Origin: a virus
Length of the DNA: 42,342 nucleotides
Virus record (IMG/VR): IMGVR_UViG_3300013122_000002
Span: 1 to 42,342 of that record
Strand: one strand, 5' to 3'
Part shown: positions 15,657-23,397 of the stretch, piece by piece
How positions within the stretch are numbered: the stretch's first letter is position 1
Layout: the number at the start of each line of letters is the position of its first letter
Translations under genes and position numbers: made by a program
Notes under the pieces: model-generated
What the model was told of the DNA's origin: nothing
Seen by the model: the letters and a program-made list of their open reading frames with translations, nothing else
Database searches by the model: none

Positions 15657-18431
15657 ATGTTAGCAGAATTAGAAACACAATTCTCATTCACGAATAGCAA
15701 TGAAATACCGATAATTCAAAGCATGGGGATTTCAAGCAATCAGCTTTGCTTGTTTGACGGACACACCTTGAATGGAGGTGACGGCACAACTATCGATATT
15801 TCTAATCGTATTGCGATTGCTATGTTCAATAGCTTTGGTGAAAAAACATCATTTGGATTATTTGGTGCTGATAAACGCCCAGAGTTTTACCCATCGTATG
15901 ACATCAACGATATTGCTATTCACTTAACTAGCACAAGTGAAAAAATATATCTAACAAATAACCTTTCGTATTTTATTGCAATGCAGGACGCTGATATTCA
16001 GTGTGCCTACCATCCGTCACTAAGCAAGACAACAGCACTACAAGAAGTAAAAAAGCCAATTGCTCAAGCTATACCAACACTTAAATTTATTGGTTTTAAT
16101 GATATTTGTGTTATCGGCCACTTATCGCAAAAAGAAGAAATTACAAACATACTTAAAAACAAGGGTGTATCACTTCAATGCACGATTGATTTTTTATCGC
16201 CTGAATTGCCAACACTAGAAAACATTGAAATATTAAATCAATCTGTTTCTGTTGAGCTTCAAAACTCAATTGACCTTGAAAAAACAGATTACAGCCTGAG
16301 TGAGCTTAAATTTGTAGAGGGTAAAATCGACTTGTCTTTGCCATGCAGTCGATATGATTATGCTTGCAAGGTTTTAACCTATGCTATGCAGCAAGAAAAA
16401 GCAGTTCCAGCATTTAATTCAATCAAGCAGATTTATAACGCTGTAAATGACCAAAGTCGAATCAGCGGAAAAACCTTAAATGATATTTTTAATCGCGTGC
16501 AGCGCATTGTTGATAATCGCAAAAAAGTAGCACTACAGGCGGTTAAGGTTGATTCATGGGGCAATCACAAGGTAACTATTGTTGATTCACTAGAATCCGC
16601 AGTAATTGACCATAAAATTAATATTATTACCGCGCCCACCGCATCGGGTAAAACAAAACACACAATTAAGCCATTCTCAGATAAGGCAAAATCTGAAAAT
16701 AAGAAATTTATGGCGGTTGCCCCATTAGTTAGCCTGATTAGCGAGCTTTCCTTAAAGCTGGACATCGGTATGTATTCTAATGTGAAGCATGAAAATGACA
16801 CGCTAAGTACTGACTCTTTGGCGGTGTGCTTGCCGTCAATCAAATCTTTTAAATTAAGATCATTTGTTGGTGGTGTTTCATATCTTGCTGTTGATGAAAT
16901 CAGTCAAAACCTCAGATTTACAGCATCAAAAGAATGCAAGGTAAAAGGTGCTGATTCTGAGGCAATCTATTTTGAGTTGAAAAAACTGGTTAGCGAGTGC
17001 GAGCAGATCGTTGTTGCTGATGCTTCGATTGACAACAAAACGCTTCGATTTTTTGAGGGTGCTTTGCCTGACACTAAGTTTAATATTATTCAGCAGAAGC
17101 CCAAAGACACTGGTCGTCAATGTTTTATTTATCAAGAAATGGGCGATCTAATCTATAAGGTTTTATCAGAAGTGACGATTAATAACGGCAATGTGTGGCT
17201 TGCTATTGAATCCGCTGACAGGTCTGCCAATGTTGGCGCATACTTCGAGCAGCAAGGCTTGAATGTTCTTGTGATTAACTCAAAGAATAAGGGCAATAAG
17301 GCGCAAAAGCAGTTTTTAAGCAACCCTGAGAAATACTCGAAAGATTATCAGATTGTTATTGCATCACCTGTTATTTCGTCTGGAATCAGTATTGAGCATC
17401 ACGACAGCCCACACTTTACGCTTATTGCAGGGATTGCGAGTGGTCATCGTATATGCCCAACGGATTTCATGCAGATGTTGGCGCGTGTGCGATATATCCC
17501 CGACTATCATGTCTGTTTGCTTGGTAATAATGAGCGAGATAATAAGATTACAGAAAAGTCATTTCTTTCAGGCTATCGCCTATCAGCACAGCTTGAGGGC
17601 GGGAATCTTGTGCAGAATGAATATTCTGAGTTCAAAGCCATCTGTGAAGCTGAATCAATAAAATACCGTGCTGACTTTGCCAATGGGTTTTACTGGGTGA
17701 TGCAACACTTCATGTTTAATGTATCTCACGTTTTGGATAGTAATGCTTATGATTTTATGAAGCAAGAAATCAAAGAGATTGCTCAGGTTAGAAATGCGGA
17801 AGAATTGAATTTTTTAATGACAGTAGATCCGATCACGAAAGAGGAAGCAGAACGACTAGAGATTGCAGACAAGACAGAAATTGAATCGCTACAGCTACAG
17901 GCTTATATTTCGCGCAAATTGCTCGGTTATCCGTGGGATCACCAGTTAAGCGAGATTGATGTCGAGATGGCGCAGAACGTGCGCAGGATCGTTAGATTTT
18001 CACGATATAAGGGGTTAAAGCCTAAAAAGGATGATGTAGATAAGAACATCGCTCTAAGGGCGTATGACAGCGCTCAGATTAAAGCCTATCGAATGGTGTT
18101 TGGTGACACAGACATTAGTGAGCTTCGCATAAATGAGGACATTGCAAGCGATATTATAAAGCGTGTCGTGGACAATCGATTCTTGCTTGCGGGGCTTCGA
18201 CTTGTGCCACAAAAATATGGTCGATGGGATGAAGTGAAATCGACTTTAGAATTGAAGCCGTACCCATTAACCAAGAAACCTACTCGCGCACTGAATGAAA
18301 TTTTTGAAATGATGGGATTAACCACAGCAAGAAGAACAACAACAGGCAACTCTAAGTTTCTGCAAATCACACCTGAAAGTTGGCAGAGAATGAGTCACTA
18401 TTCCAAGCTGCAACACGACAGTTTCGTATAA
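15657..18431 (+). CDS. large replication protein with a P-loop helicase core (origin-binding / SF2-like)
   Basis: 924 aa. Walker A APTASGKTKH, Walker B YLAVDEISQ, later IASPVISSGISIEH. The N-terminal ~300 aa are unassigned. Confidence 0.7.
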   Translation: MLAELETQFSFTNSNEIPIIQSMGISSNQLCLFDGHTLNGGDGTTIDISNRIAIAMFNSFGEKTSFGLFGADKRPEFYPSYDINDIAIHLTSTSEKIYLTNNLSYFIAMQDADIQCAYHPSLSKTTALQEVKKPIAQAIPTLKFIGFNDICVIGHLSQKEEITNILKNKGVSLQCTIDFLSPELPTLENIEILNQSVSVELQNSIDLEKTDYSLSELKFVEGKIDLSLPCSRYDYACKVLTYAMQQEKAVPAFNSIKQIYNAVNDQSRISGKTLNDIFNRVQRIVDNRKKVALQAVKVDSWGNHKVTIVDSLESAVIDHKINIITAPTASGKTKHTIKPFSDKAKSENKKFMAVAPLVSLISELSLKLDIGMYSNVKHENDTLSTDSLAVCLPSIKSFKLRSFVGGVSYLAVDEISQNLRFTASKECKVKGADSEAIYFELKKLVSECEQIVVADASIDNKTLRFFEGALPDTKFNIIQQKPKDTGRQCFIYQEMGDLIYKVLSEVTINNGNVWLAIESADRSANVGAYFEQQGLNVLVINSKNKGNKAQKQFLSNPEKYSKDYQIVIASPVISSGISIEHHDSPHFTLIAGIASGHRICPTDFMQMLARVRYIPDYHVCLLGNNERDNKITEKSFLSGYRLSAQLEGGNLVQNEYSEFKAICEAESIKYRADFANGFYWVMQHFMFNVSHVLDSNAYDFMKQEIKEIAQVRNAEELNFLMTVDPITKEEAERLEIADKTEIESLQLQAYISRKLLGYPWDHQLSEIDVEMAQNVRRIVRFSRYKGLKPKKDDVDKNIALRAYDSAQIKAYRMVFGDTDISELRINEDIASDIIKRVVDNRFLLAGLRLVPQKYGRWDEVKSTLELKPYPLTKKPTRALNEIFEMMGLTTARRTTTGNSKFLQITPESWQRMSHYSKLQHDSFV

Positions 18432-18465
18432 TATTATATAGAGAAATACCCCAAACTGTCGTGTT
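18411..18465. other. 13-bp perfect inverted repeat with a 28-nt A/T-rich spacer
   Basis: AACACGACAGTTT (18412-24) pairs with AAACTGTCGTGTT (18453-65). The spacer contains the palindrome TATAATATTATA. Straddles the stop of the 924-aa gene. Confidence 0.6.
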
Positions 18466-18559
18466 TTGTAACTGAATTGTAAACGCAAAAAAACAGCTAT
18501 ATGCAGCACATTTAAAGCATCATAATAGTGGCTAAATATCGCAATAAACGGATAGAGAA

Positions 18560-18724
18560 ATGAGTGATTTTAAAGTAGGACAATTGGCAAGAAGTAGAGT
18601 AGAGGGAAAGGTGATTCAAATTAGACGAATTAAGTTTAAAGATGGTGAGTGGATGCTTGGCGTTGGTAGAATTGCATTCACTTGGGTTTTTGCTAAGGAT
18701 TATGATAAGTATAGGAAGGTGTGA
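18560..18724 (+). CDS. hypothetical 54-aa protein
   Basis: Translated by hand: MSDFKVGQLARSRVEGKVIQIRRIKFKDGEWMLGVGRIAFTWVFAKDYDKYRKV. Its stop lies 1 nt before the next ATG. Confidence 0.45.
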   Translation: MSDFKVGQLARSRVEGKVIQIRRIKFKDGEWMLGVGRIAFTWVFAKDYDKYRKV

Positions 18725-18725
18725 G

Positions 18726-18953
18726 ATGAATAGAAAGCAAAAGAAAGCAAAAAGACTGAAAGCAACCAGACATAAAGAGACGTGCTTGTGGTTGAAAGGT
18801 GGAGCACCAAGAAGATACAAAAAACTTAGAGGTTTGTTTATCACCAAAGGTATTAGGGTTTCAAGAAAGCGATTACATGAAATAAGCATTAGAACCATGA
18901 ATGCATACATGGAGTTGGCAGACAACGTAAGGTCACGGCACATTGATCTATAA
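18726..18953 (+). CDS. highly basic 75-aa protein
   Basis: MNRKQKKAKRLKATRHKETCLWLKGGAPRRYKKLRGLFITKGIRVSRKRLH.... Strong AGGAAGGTG SD upstream. Confidence 0.55.
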   Translation: MNRKQKKAKRLKATRHKETCLWLKGGAPRRYKKLRGLFITKGIRVSRKRLHEISIRTMNAYMELADNVRSRHIDL

Positions 18954-19007
18954 GCTTGCACCGCTGGCATCATTCCTATATATTAACCAGATCACAACTC
19001 GTTTATG

Positions 19008-19038
19008 CCCCGACCACCTCCATGATCGGGGTTTTTTT
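19008..19038 (+). terminator. intrinsic terminator
   Basis: CCCCGA...TCGGGG stem followed by T7. Confidence 0.6.
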
Positions 19039-19132
19039 ATATAAGAAAAACAAATATTCATATCAGATAATTGAATTGGATAATATTTATAAAAATTATT
19101 ATATTTGTTCTATCGAAACACAAGAGAAGAAA

Positions 19133-19321
19133 ATGGCAGAGTTTAAGAAGTATAGAAAGTACGATACACCGAATGGGTGGTGCTATGACATGAGTTATGC
19201 AGATGTTATGCAGTTGAGATCGGCTTATGCAAGTGGCATAAAAACACCTGAAACACTAGAAGCGTGCAGAATCTATATGGACTGGCGCAGAGTTAAACAA
19301 AAATTAAAAGGTGGGAAGTGA
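19133..19321 (+). CDS. hypothetical protein
   Basis: 62 aa from ATG 19133 (MAEFKKYRKY...). The upstream part of the track ORF runs through the terminator. Confidence 0.55.
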   Translation: MAEFKKYRKYDTPNGWCYDMSYADVMQLRSAYASGIKTPETLEACRIYMDWRRVKQKLKGGK

Positions 19322-20130
19322 TGGAAAATTTAAAAATTAAATGCAAAACCGCAGAACAGGACAAGCAGGCGCAAGAATTATTTCTTAGTCTTGGTTATGA
19401 ATTGTTTAATTCTAAACGTGTTGGCATGATTTCAACAGAGGGTTGGACTGCTTATCCAGACGTTTTGGATAATTGGGAGGCTTATGATGCCAAAGAAATC
19501 ACCATACAAGAACTTCGAGATATGGTTAATCATATGAAAGAGTATTTAGAGCCTAGCAACAATTATTCTTTGATTAAAGCGCATCGCAAAGAGGGTAATG
19601 ACTGGATTGAAGTTCCAGAGGGTGCTAACTTTTATTGCGATAGATATTTTTGGATGCAATTAAATAGCGAAAAATTTTGGAACGGTGATAATTGGCAGAA
19701 TGATTTTAAAACACTCTGCGGTTTCTCTAAATCATTCAATAAGACCATTCTATGGCAACGCCACACACAGCCCGAAGAATTGCCTTTCATGGATTCGTTA
19801 CCTGAGTTCAAGCATGATTTTGGCGCGTCATCTTTAAACGACCAATACGCAGAAATCGAGCAGGTGCGACAACAAACCATTGAAGCAACACTTGCAGAGC
19901 GTCAGGCGCAGTATGGATGCTTTGAGGATGTGGCTCGAACTACGGGTAAAATCATGGAAGCGCTTTCGGAAGTTCGCGTTAATGGGTTGAATGATCTTCC
20001 ATATCCGCACCGAATGGCACTGTATATGATTGCTTCAAAAATGGCGCGCATCGTGAACGGCGACTTTAATCACAAAGACGGCTGGCACGACATCGGCGGT
20101 TACAGCAAGTTAATCGAGGATTTGCTTTAG
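19318..20130 (+). CDS. hypothetical protein (C-terminus DUF6378-like?)
   Basis: 270 aa. The C-terminal ERQAQYG...MIASKMARIV...HKDGWHDIGGYSKL resembles a common phage domain; recalled from memory, not verified. Confidence 0.6.
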   Translation: MMENLKIKCKTAEQDKQAQELFLSLGYELFNSKRVGMISTEGWTAYPDVLDNWEAYDAKEITIQELRDMVNHMKEYLEPSNNYSLIKAHRKEGNDWIEVPEGANFYCDRYFWMQLNSEKFWNGDNWQNDFKTLCGFSKSFNKTILWQRHTQPEELPFMDSLPEFKHDFGASSLNDQYAEIEQVRQQTIEATLAERQAQYGCFEDVARTTGKIMEALSEVRVNGLNDLPYPHRMALYMIASKMARIVNGDFNHKDGWHDIGGYSKLIEDLL

Positions 20131-20132
20131 TC

Positions 20133-20489
20133 ATGAACAAACCAAACCCAAATCTAATCCGCCAATGCATGGTTGAATATGCAAACCAACTAGGCAGACC
20201 GCATTTTGAAGTATGTGTGGTGAAGCGTGTTGTGCAATCGTTTGCCACTGGTGTGGATGATGTTTTTAAACCTGTTATCGAGCAAATGCTTAACGATAAA
20301 AACAAGCGCAATGCATCAAACCGTAGGCGCGAATTACTTAACGAGTTTTGTGAAGATCATTCATACATGAAGCTGGCAGTGTTTTCTGAAATGTCAGCGC
20401 CGACTATGAAGAAAATACTCATTGGTCAGTTAGAGTGCAGTGATGATCAATGGGCTAAAATATTAAACGCTTTCGAGTTGATGGCATGA
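20133..20489 (+). CDS. hypothetical protein
   Basis: 118-aa ORF, tightly packed in the operon. Confidence 0.6.
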   Translation: MNKPNPNLIRQCMVEYANQLGRPHFEVCVVKRVVQSFATGVDDVFKPVIEQMLNDKNKRNASNRRRELLNEFCEDHSYMKLAVFSEMSAPTMKKILIGQLECSDDQWAKILNAFELMA

Positions 20490-20791
20490 AAGAATTAGAA
20501 ATTTGGTGCATGTTTGGGCATGGCAGAAAATTAGCGCTATGCGAGAAAATAGGGTGCAGTCGTCAGAACTTAGAGCAGTTGATTAAGTCTAGCGAGAACA
20601 AACGCAGCTACAAAACCGAAATGAGCCAAGTCGAGCAAGACGAAATGTTCAGCATTGATAAGGCAAAACGCAACATGATCCGCGCTGCTGAGCATATAGC
20701 ACATGATGATTTTATGGTTCAGAAGAAAGCACATTTTGAGTTAGCACGATGGGCAGACATTTACGCAGATTTGAATAGGGTGATGAAATGA
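20486..20791 (+). CDS. hypothetical protein with a possible HTH
   Basis: 101 aa. LALCEKIGCSRQNLEQLIK looks like an HTH. ATGA coupling. Confidence 0.55.
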   Translation: MKELEIWCMFGHGRKLALCEKIGCSRQNLEQLIKSSENKRSYKTEMSQVEQDEMFSIDKAKRNMIRAAEHIAHDDFMVQKKAHFELARWADIYADLNRVMK

Positions 20792-21021
20792 AAATTGAAT
20801 TAGTACGCTTTGAAGATGGATTGGCAGACTTCGAGATTGGTGATTTAACGGCACGCTGTAACGTGTCTGACTGGGATTTAAACGAGTTTTTGAATGGTCA
20901 ATTAATTATCAAGCCTTATGCTTGGTTCGATATGAATGACGATGAAGTGGCGAAGCCTGAATGGTTCGGACGTAAAGAACTATTCGAGATGAACAATGAG
21001 TTTGAGCGTGGCTTAAAGTGA
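20788..21021 (+). CDS. hypothetical acidic protein
   Basis: 77-aa ORF rich in D/E. ATGA coupling. Confidence 0.55.
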   Translation: MKIELVRFEDGLADFEIGDLTARCNVSDWDLNEFLNGQLIIKPYAWFDMNDDEVAKPEWFGRKELFEMNNEFERGLK

Positions 21022-21158
21022 CAAAACCCAAAGGCGCAACGCACTACGATTTTAAGAAGTCATGTTTTTATAAGATTGATGAAAAGTTTTATAAGTACAA
21101 CGGCTTCGGGTGGTGCGAAGTTAAAGAAGTTAATTTGAAAAATTGTATTGAGGTGTGA
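21018..21158 (+). CDS. ATHY-motif small protein family member (GTG start)
   Basis: VTKPKGATHYDFKKSCFYKIDEKFYKYNGFGW.... GTGA overlap with the upstream stop. Confidence 0.45.
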   Translation: MTKPKGATHYDFKKSCFYKIDEKFYKYNGFGWCEVKEVNLKNCIEV

Positions 21159-21159
21159 G

Positions 21160-21468
21160 ATGGAAATTAATGGTTTTAAGATTTTTGAAAATACCGATGA
21201 GGCTGTTTATGCAGCAAAGTCAAAAGAAGATGTTTATGATTATTTTGTTGAAATGTATGGGTCAACAGAAGATTGCCAGAGCCAAACAAAAGAGCAATTT
21301 ATTGATGAGCTAATTGAAATTGAGGTCGATAGTGATTTAGCGCAAAGAATCAGAACTTGGCATAATGATGACACTGGAGAAATAACAGAAAGCACTTATT
21401 ATGATGAATATAAGAAAGTTTCCGAGAAGAATGATGGCGTTGATGTTATTGCTTATTTGACATGGTGA
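21160..21468 (+). CDS. hypothetical, strongly acidic protein
   Basis: 102 aa from ATG 21160 with a GAGGTG SD. Very D/E-rich. Confidence 0.6.
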   Translation: MEINGFKIFENTDEAVYAAKSKEDVYDYFVEMYGSTEDCQSQTKEQFIDELIEIEVDSDLAQRIRTWHNDDTGEITESTYYDEYKKVSEKNDGVDVIAYLTW

Positions 21469-21470
21469 TT

Positions 21471-21962
21471 ATGAAAATTAACATTCCAGCAGACACAAAA
21501 CAAACAGTAATTTTAAACATAGCGAGTAATGAAATGATCGAACTAAAAAACGTAGTAAACGAAGCGAAAATTAAACTAGGCTTGAGTAATTCTGAGCTAT
21601 CTAAATTGATTGGGCATTCACGAAACTATATCAGCGAAACTTTGCGGATCGGAGCAAGCACTGAGAAACAGGCGGAAATTGTTAGCAAGATTAAAGAAGC
21701 CGTAGCGGTTGAGTTGGTTAGCCGTGGGGTGGGCATGTCGTGCGATGACGAGCAGAAACAAAGCGTCCGTATGTTGAATATGGAAGTTGAGCAGTTGAAG
21801 CAGGCTAAAAAGCTAACTAACAATGACCTAGCAATCGCAAATCGTGACAAGAATTTCATGAAGAAGAAATTGCAGGATAAAAACTTGCTTATCAACTGGC
21901 TTGTTGCATCGAATGTATTTTTTATTCTGTTTTTAGCGTCTAAGTGTGCGGGGTGGGTGTGA
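21471..21962 (+). CDS. HTH protein with a coiled-coil and a C-terminal transmembrane anchor
   Basis: LGLSNSELSKLIGHSRNYISETL (XRE-like HTH), a K/E/Q-rich middle region, and a C-terminal LINWLVASNVFFILFLASKCAGWV. Confidence 0.6.
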   Translation: MKINIPADTKQTVILNIASNEMIELKNVVNEAKIKLGLSNSELSKLIGHSRNYISETLRIGASTEKQAEIVSKIKEAVAVELVSRGVGMSCDDEQKQSVRMLNMEVEQLKQAKKLTNNDLAIANRDKNFMKKKLQDKNLLINWLVASNVFFILFLASKCAGWV

Positions 21963-22225
21963 TGAAAAGTTTTGATGAGTGGTTTAAGGACACAATGCCA
22001 AATACACACAAAGGCGTTGGAAGTGAAAAAATAGAAACATTCGTGTATGAAACAGCTCAAGATGCTTGGAATTTCAAACAAGCCGAGGTGGATGAGTTGC
22101 AGAAACGGATTGATGAGGCATTAATTGCAATTGGTGGTGATGATTTTGTTGATGTTAGAGTAGATTACTCGCACCAAATCAGAGATATTCGTAAAATTTT
22201 AAAAGGAGACTCGCATGAATCATGA
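21962..22225 (+). CDS. hypothetical protein
   Basis: 87 aa from ATG 21962 (MKSFDEWF...). ATGA coupling and a GGGTGGG SD. Confidence 0.55.
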   Translation: MKSFDEWFKDTMPNTHKGVGSEKIETFVYETAQDAWNFKQAEVDELQKRIDEALIAIGGDDFVDVRVDYSHQIRDIRKILKGDSHES

Positions 22226-22499
22226 TAATGAGAGAAAGGCTTTTGAAGCGTGGTTTGAGTCACGCTATGACGCCCATTTTATGCAGTTTGCGCTCGATCT
22301 CGACCTTTATGTTGATAAGCACACTCAAACCTGTTGGGAAGCATGGCAAGCATCCGCAAACCGAGAAGGCTATAAGCTTGTGCCTTTGGAGCCGACAGAA
22401 AGAATGCTAGATAGCGCATACAGCTCAATATCAGATAATTTGCATTATGCAGATTTAGAAAATATTTACAAAGCCATGATCGGAGCTTGTGATGAATAA
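22215..22499 (+). CDS. hypothetical protein
   Basis: 94-aa ORF (..AFEAWF..CWEAWQA..). Confidence 0.55.
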   Translation: MNHDNERKAFEAWFESRYDAHFMQFALDLDLYVDKHTQTCWEAWQASANREGYKLVPLEPTERMLDSAYSSISDNLHYADLENIYKAMIGACDE

Positions 22500-22764
22500 T
22501 GCTGTCCTTGCAAAAAGAAAAAGACTTATCCATTATTTTGACTTGGCGATGAAGAAAATATGGATTTCCATAGAGCATGATTACCGTGTTGGAAGCTACG
22601 CTTTAGTTCACTTTCTTGATCATAGTGAGCTATTTGGAGAGCAGTACATTGCTTGCGAAAATCAAACCGACTTAAATAACATTAAATCAAAATTGCTGAA
22701 TAATGGATTTAAAATAGATTGGACTGAATTTAATAAAGCATTGGAGTGGATTAATGACCATTGA
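22489..22764 (+). CDS. hypothetical protein
   Basis: 91-aa ORF overlapping both neighbours. Confidence 0.5.
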   Translation: MMNNAVLAKRKRLIHYFDLAMKKIWISIEHDYRVGSYALVHFLDHSELFGEQYIACENQTDLNNIKSKLLNNGFKIDWTEFNKALEWINDH

Positions 22765-22930
22765 AGAAATCAGGAAGAATGCTCCATATTGTGCCACGCA
22801 TTATTTTTTAGTTCCGAATGGTAGTGGCGAACCATACTACGTGTTTAAGGATGGTGAAAATTATTATTATGCGTATAGTAAAGACCAAATATTTAAACCG
22901 CACATATTGGAATGGATAAAGCCCCTATGA
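22754..22930 (+). CDS. ATHY-motif small protein family member
   Basis: MTIEEIRKNAPYCATHYFLV...WIKPL (58 aa, translated by hand). Confidence 0.5.
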   Translation: MTIEEIRKNAPYCATHYFLVPNGSGEPYYVFKDGENYYYAYSKDQIFKPHILEWIKPL

Positions 22931-22938
22931 GGGCTTTT
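22918..22938 (+). terminator. stem-loop / weak terminator before the packaging genes
   Basis: AAAGCCC-CTATGA-GGGCTTT followed by T. Confidence 0.45.
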
Positions 22939-22939
22939 C

Positions 22940-22948
22940 TGTTATTAT
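22940..22948 (+). promoter_or_regulatory. extended -10 promoter TGTTATTAT (packaging/head operon)
   Basis: Same 9-mer as at 6970 and 42151. Sits immediately after a hairpin, 27 nt before the terS ATG. Confidence 0.45.
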
Positions 22949-22974
22949 GTGGTTTTAGTTTGGGAGGGTTTTTA

Positions 22975-23397
22975 ATGAGTCGCGAAATTGGTAGACCCTC
23001 ATTATTAGATGAGGAATTGCTAGAAAAAGCCAAGCACTACATGATTGAGGGGTACAAGGAAATTGAAAATATTGTGCCTAGTGTTGCTGGGCTTTGTTGT
23101 TATCTAGGGGTAAGTAAAAGCACCATATACGAGTGGGCTAAAGATACGCCAGAGAATAAATTAATTCCACTAAGGGTTAAGTTTTCGGACACGTTAGATG
23201 CGATTCAAGCAAAGCAAGAGATGCTTTTGATTAATGGTGGGCTTTCACAGGCGTTTAGTGGAACAATCACAAAGTTGATGTTGGCTAATCATGGGTATAG
23301 TGACAAAGTTCAAACTGATGTCACCTCAGGCGATGGCTCAATGACTCCAAAAGGTTTAGACGATTTCTATGCAGACTATGGAAAAAAAGAAACCTAG
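22975..23397 (+). CDS. terS: terminase small subunit
   Basis: 140 aa from ATG 22975 with a GGGAGGG SD. HTH-like VAGLCCYLGVSKSTIYEWAK. Directly upstream of terL. Confidence 0.75.
   Translation: MSREIGRPSLLDEELLEKAKHYMIEGYKEIENIVPSVAGLCCYLGVSKSTIYEWAKDTPENKLIPLRVKFSDTLDAIQAKQEMLLINGGLSQAFSGTITKLMLANHGYSDKVQTDVTSGDGSMTPKGLDDFYADYGKKET

Noticed and set aside
18520-18545. CATAAT-A-GTGGCTA, resembling the promoter/leader start of copies 3 and 4
   Set aside because: The spacing is wrong (1 nt rather than 6). No closing GCCAC strand or junction motifs occur downstream.
18512-18973. 153-aa minus-strand ORF from the track
   Set aside because: Its composition is L/S/F-rich and reads as junk, and it has no SD. 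It is antisense to two plus-strand ORFs that have good SDs (one is AGGAAGGTG) and stop/start coupling. It also runs in the opposite direction to all surrounding transcription.
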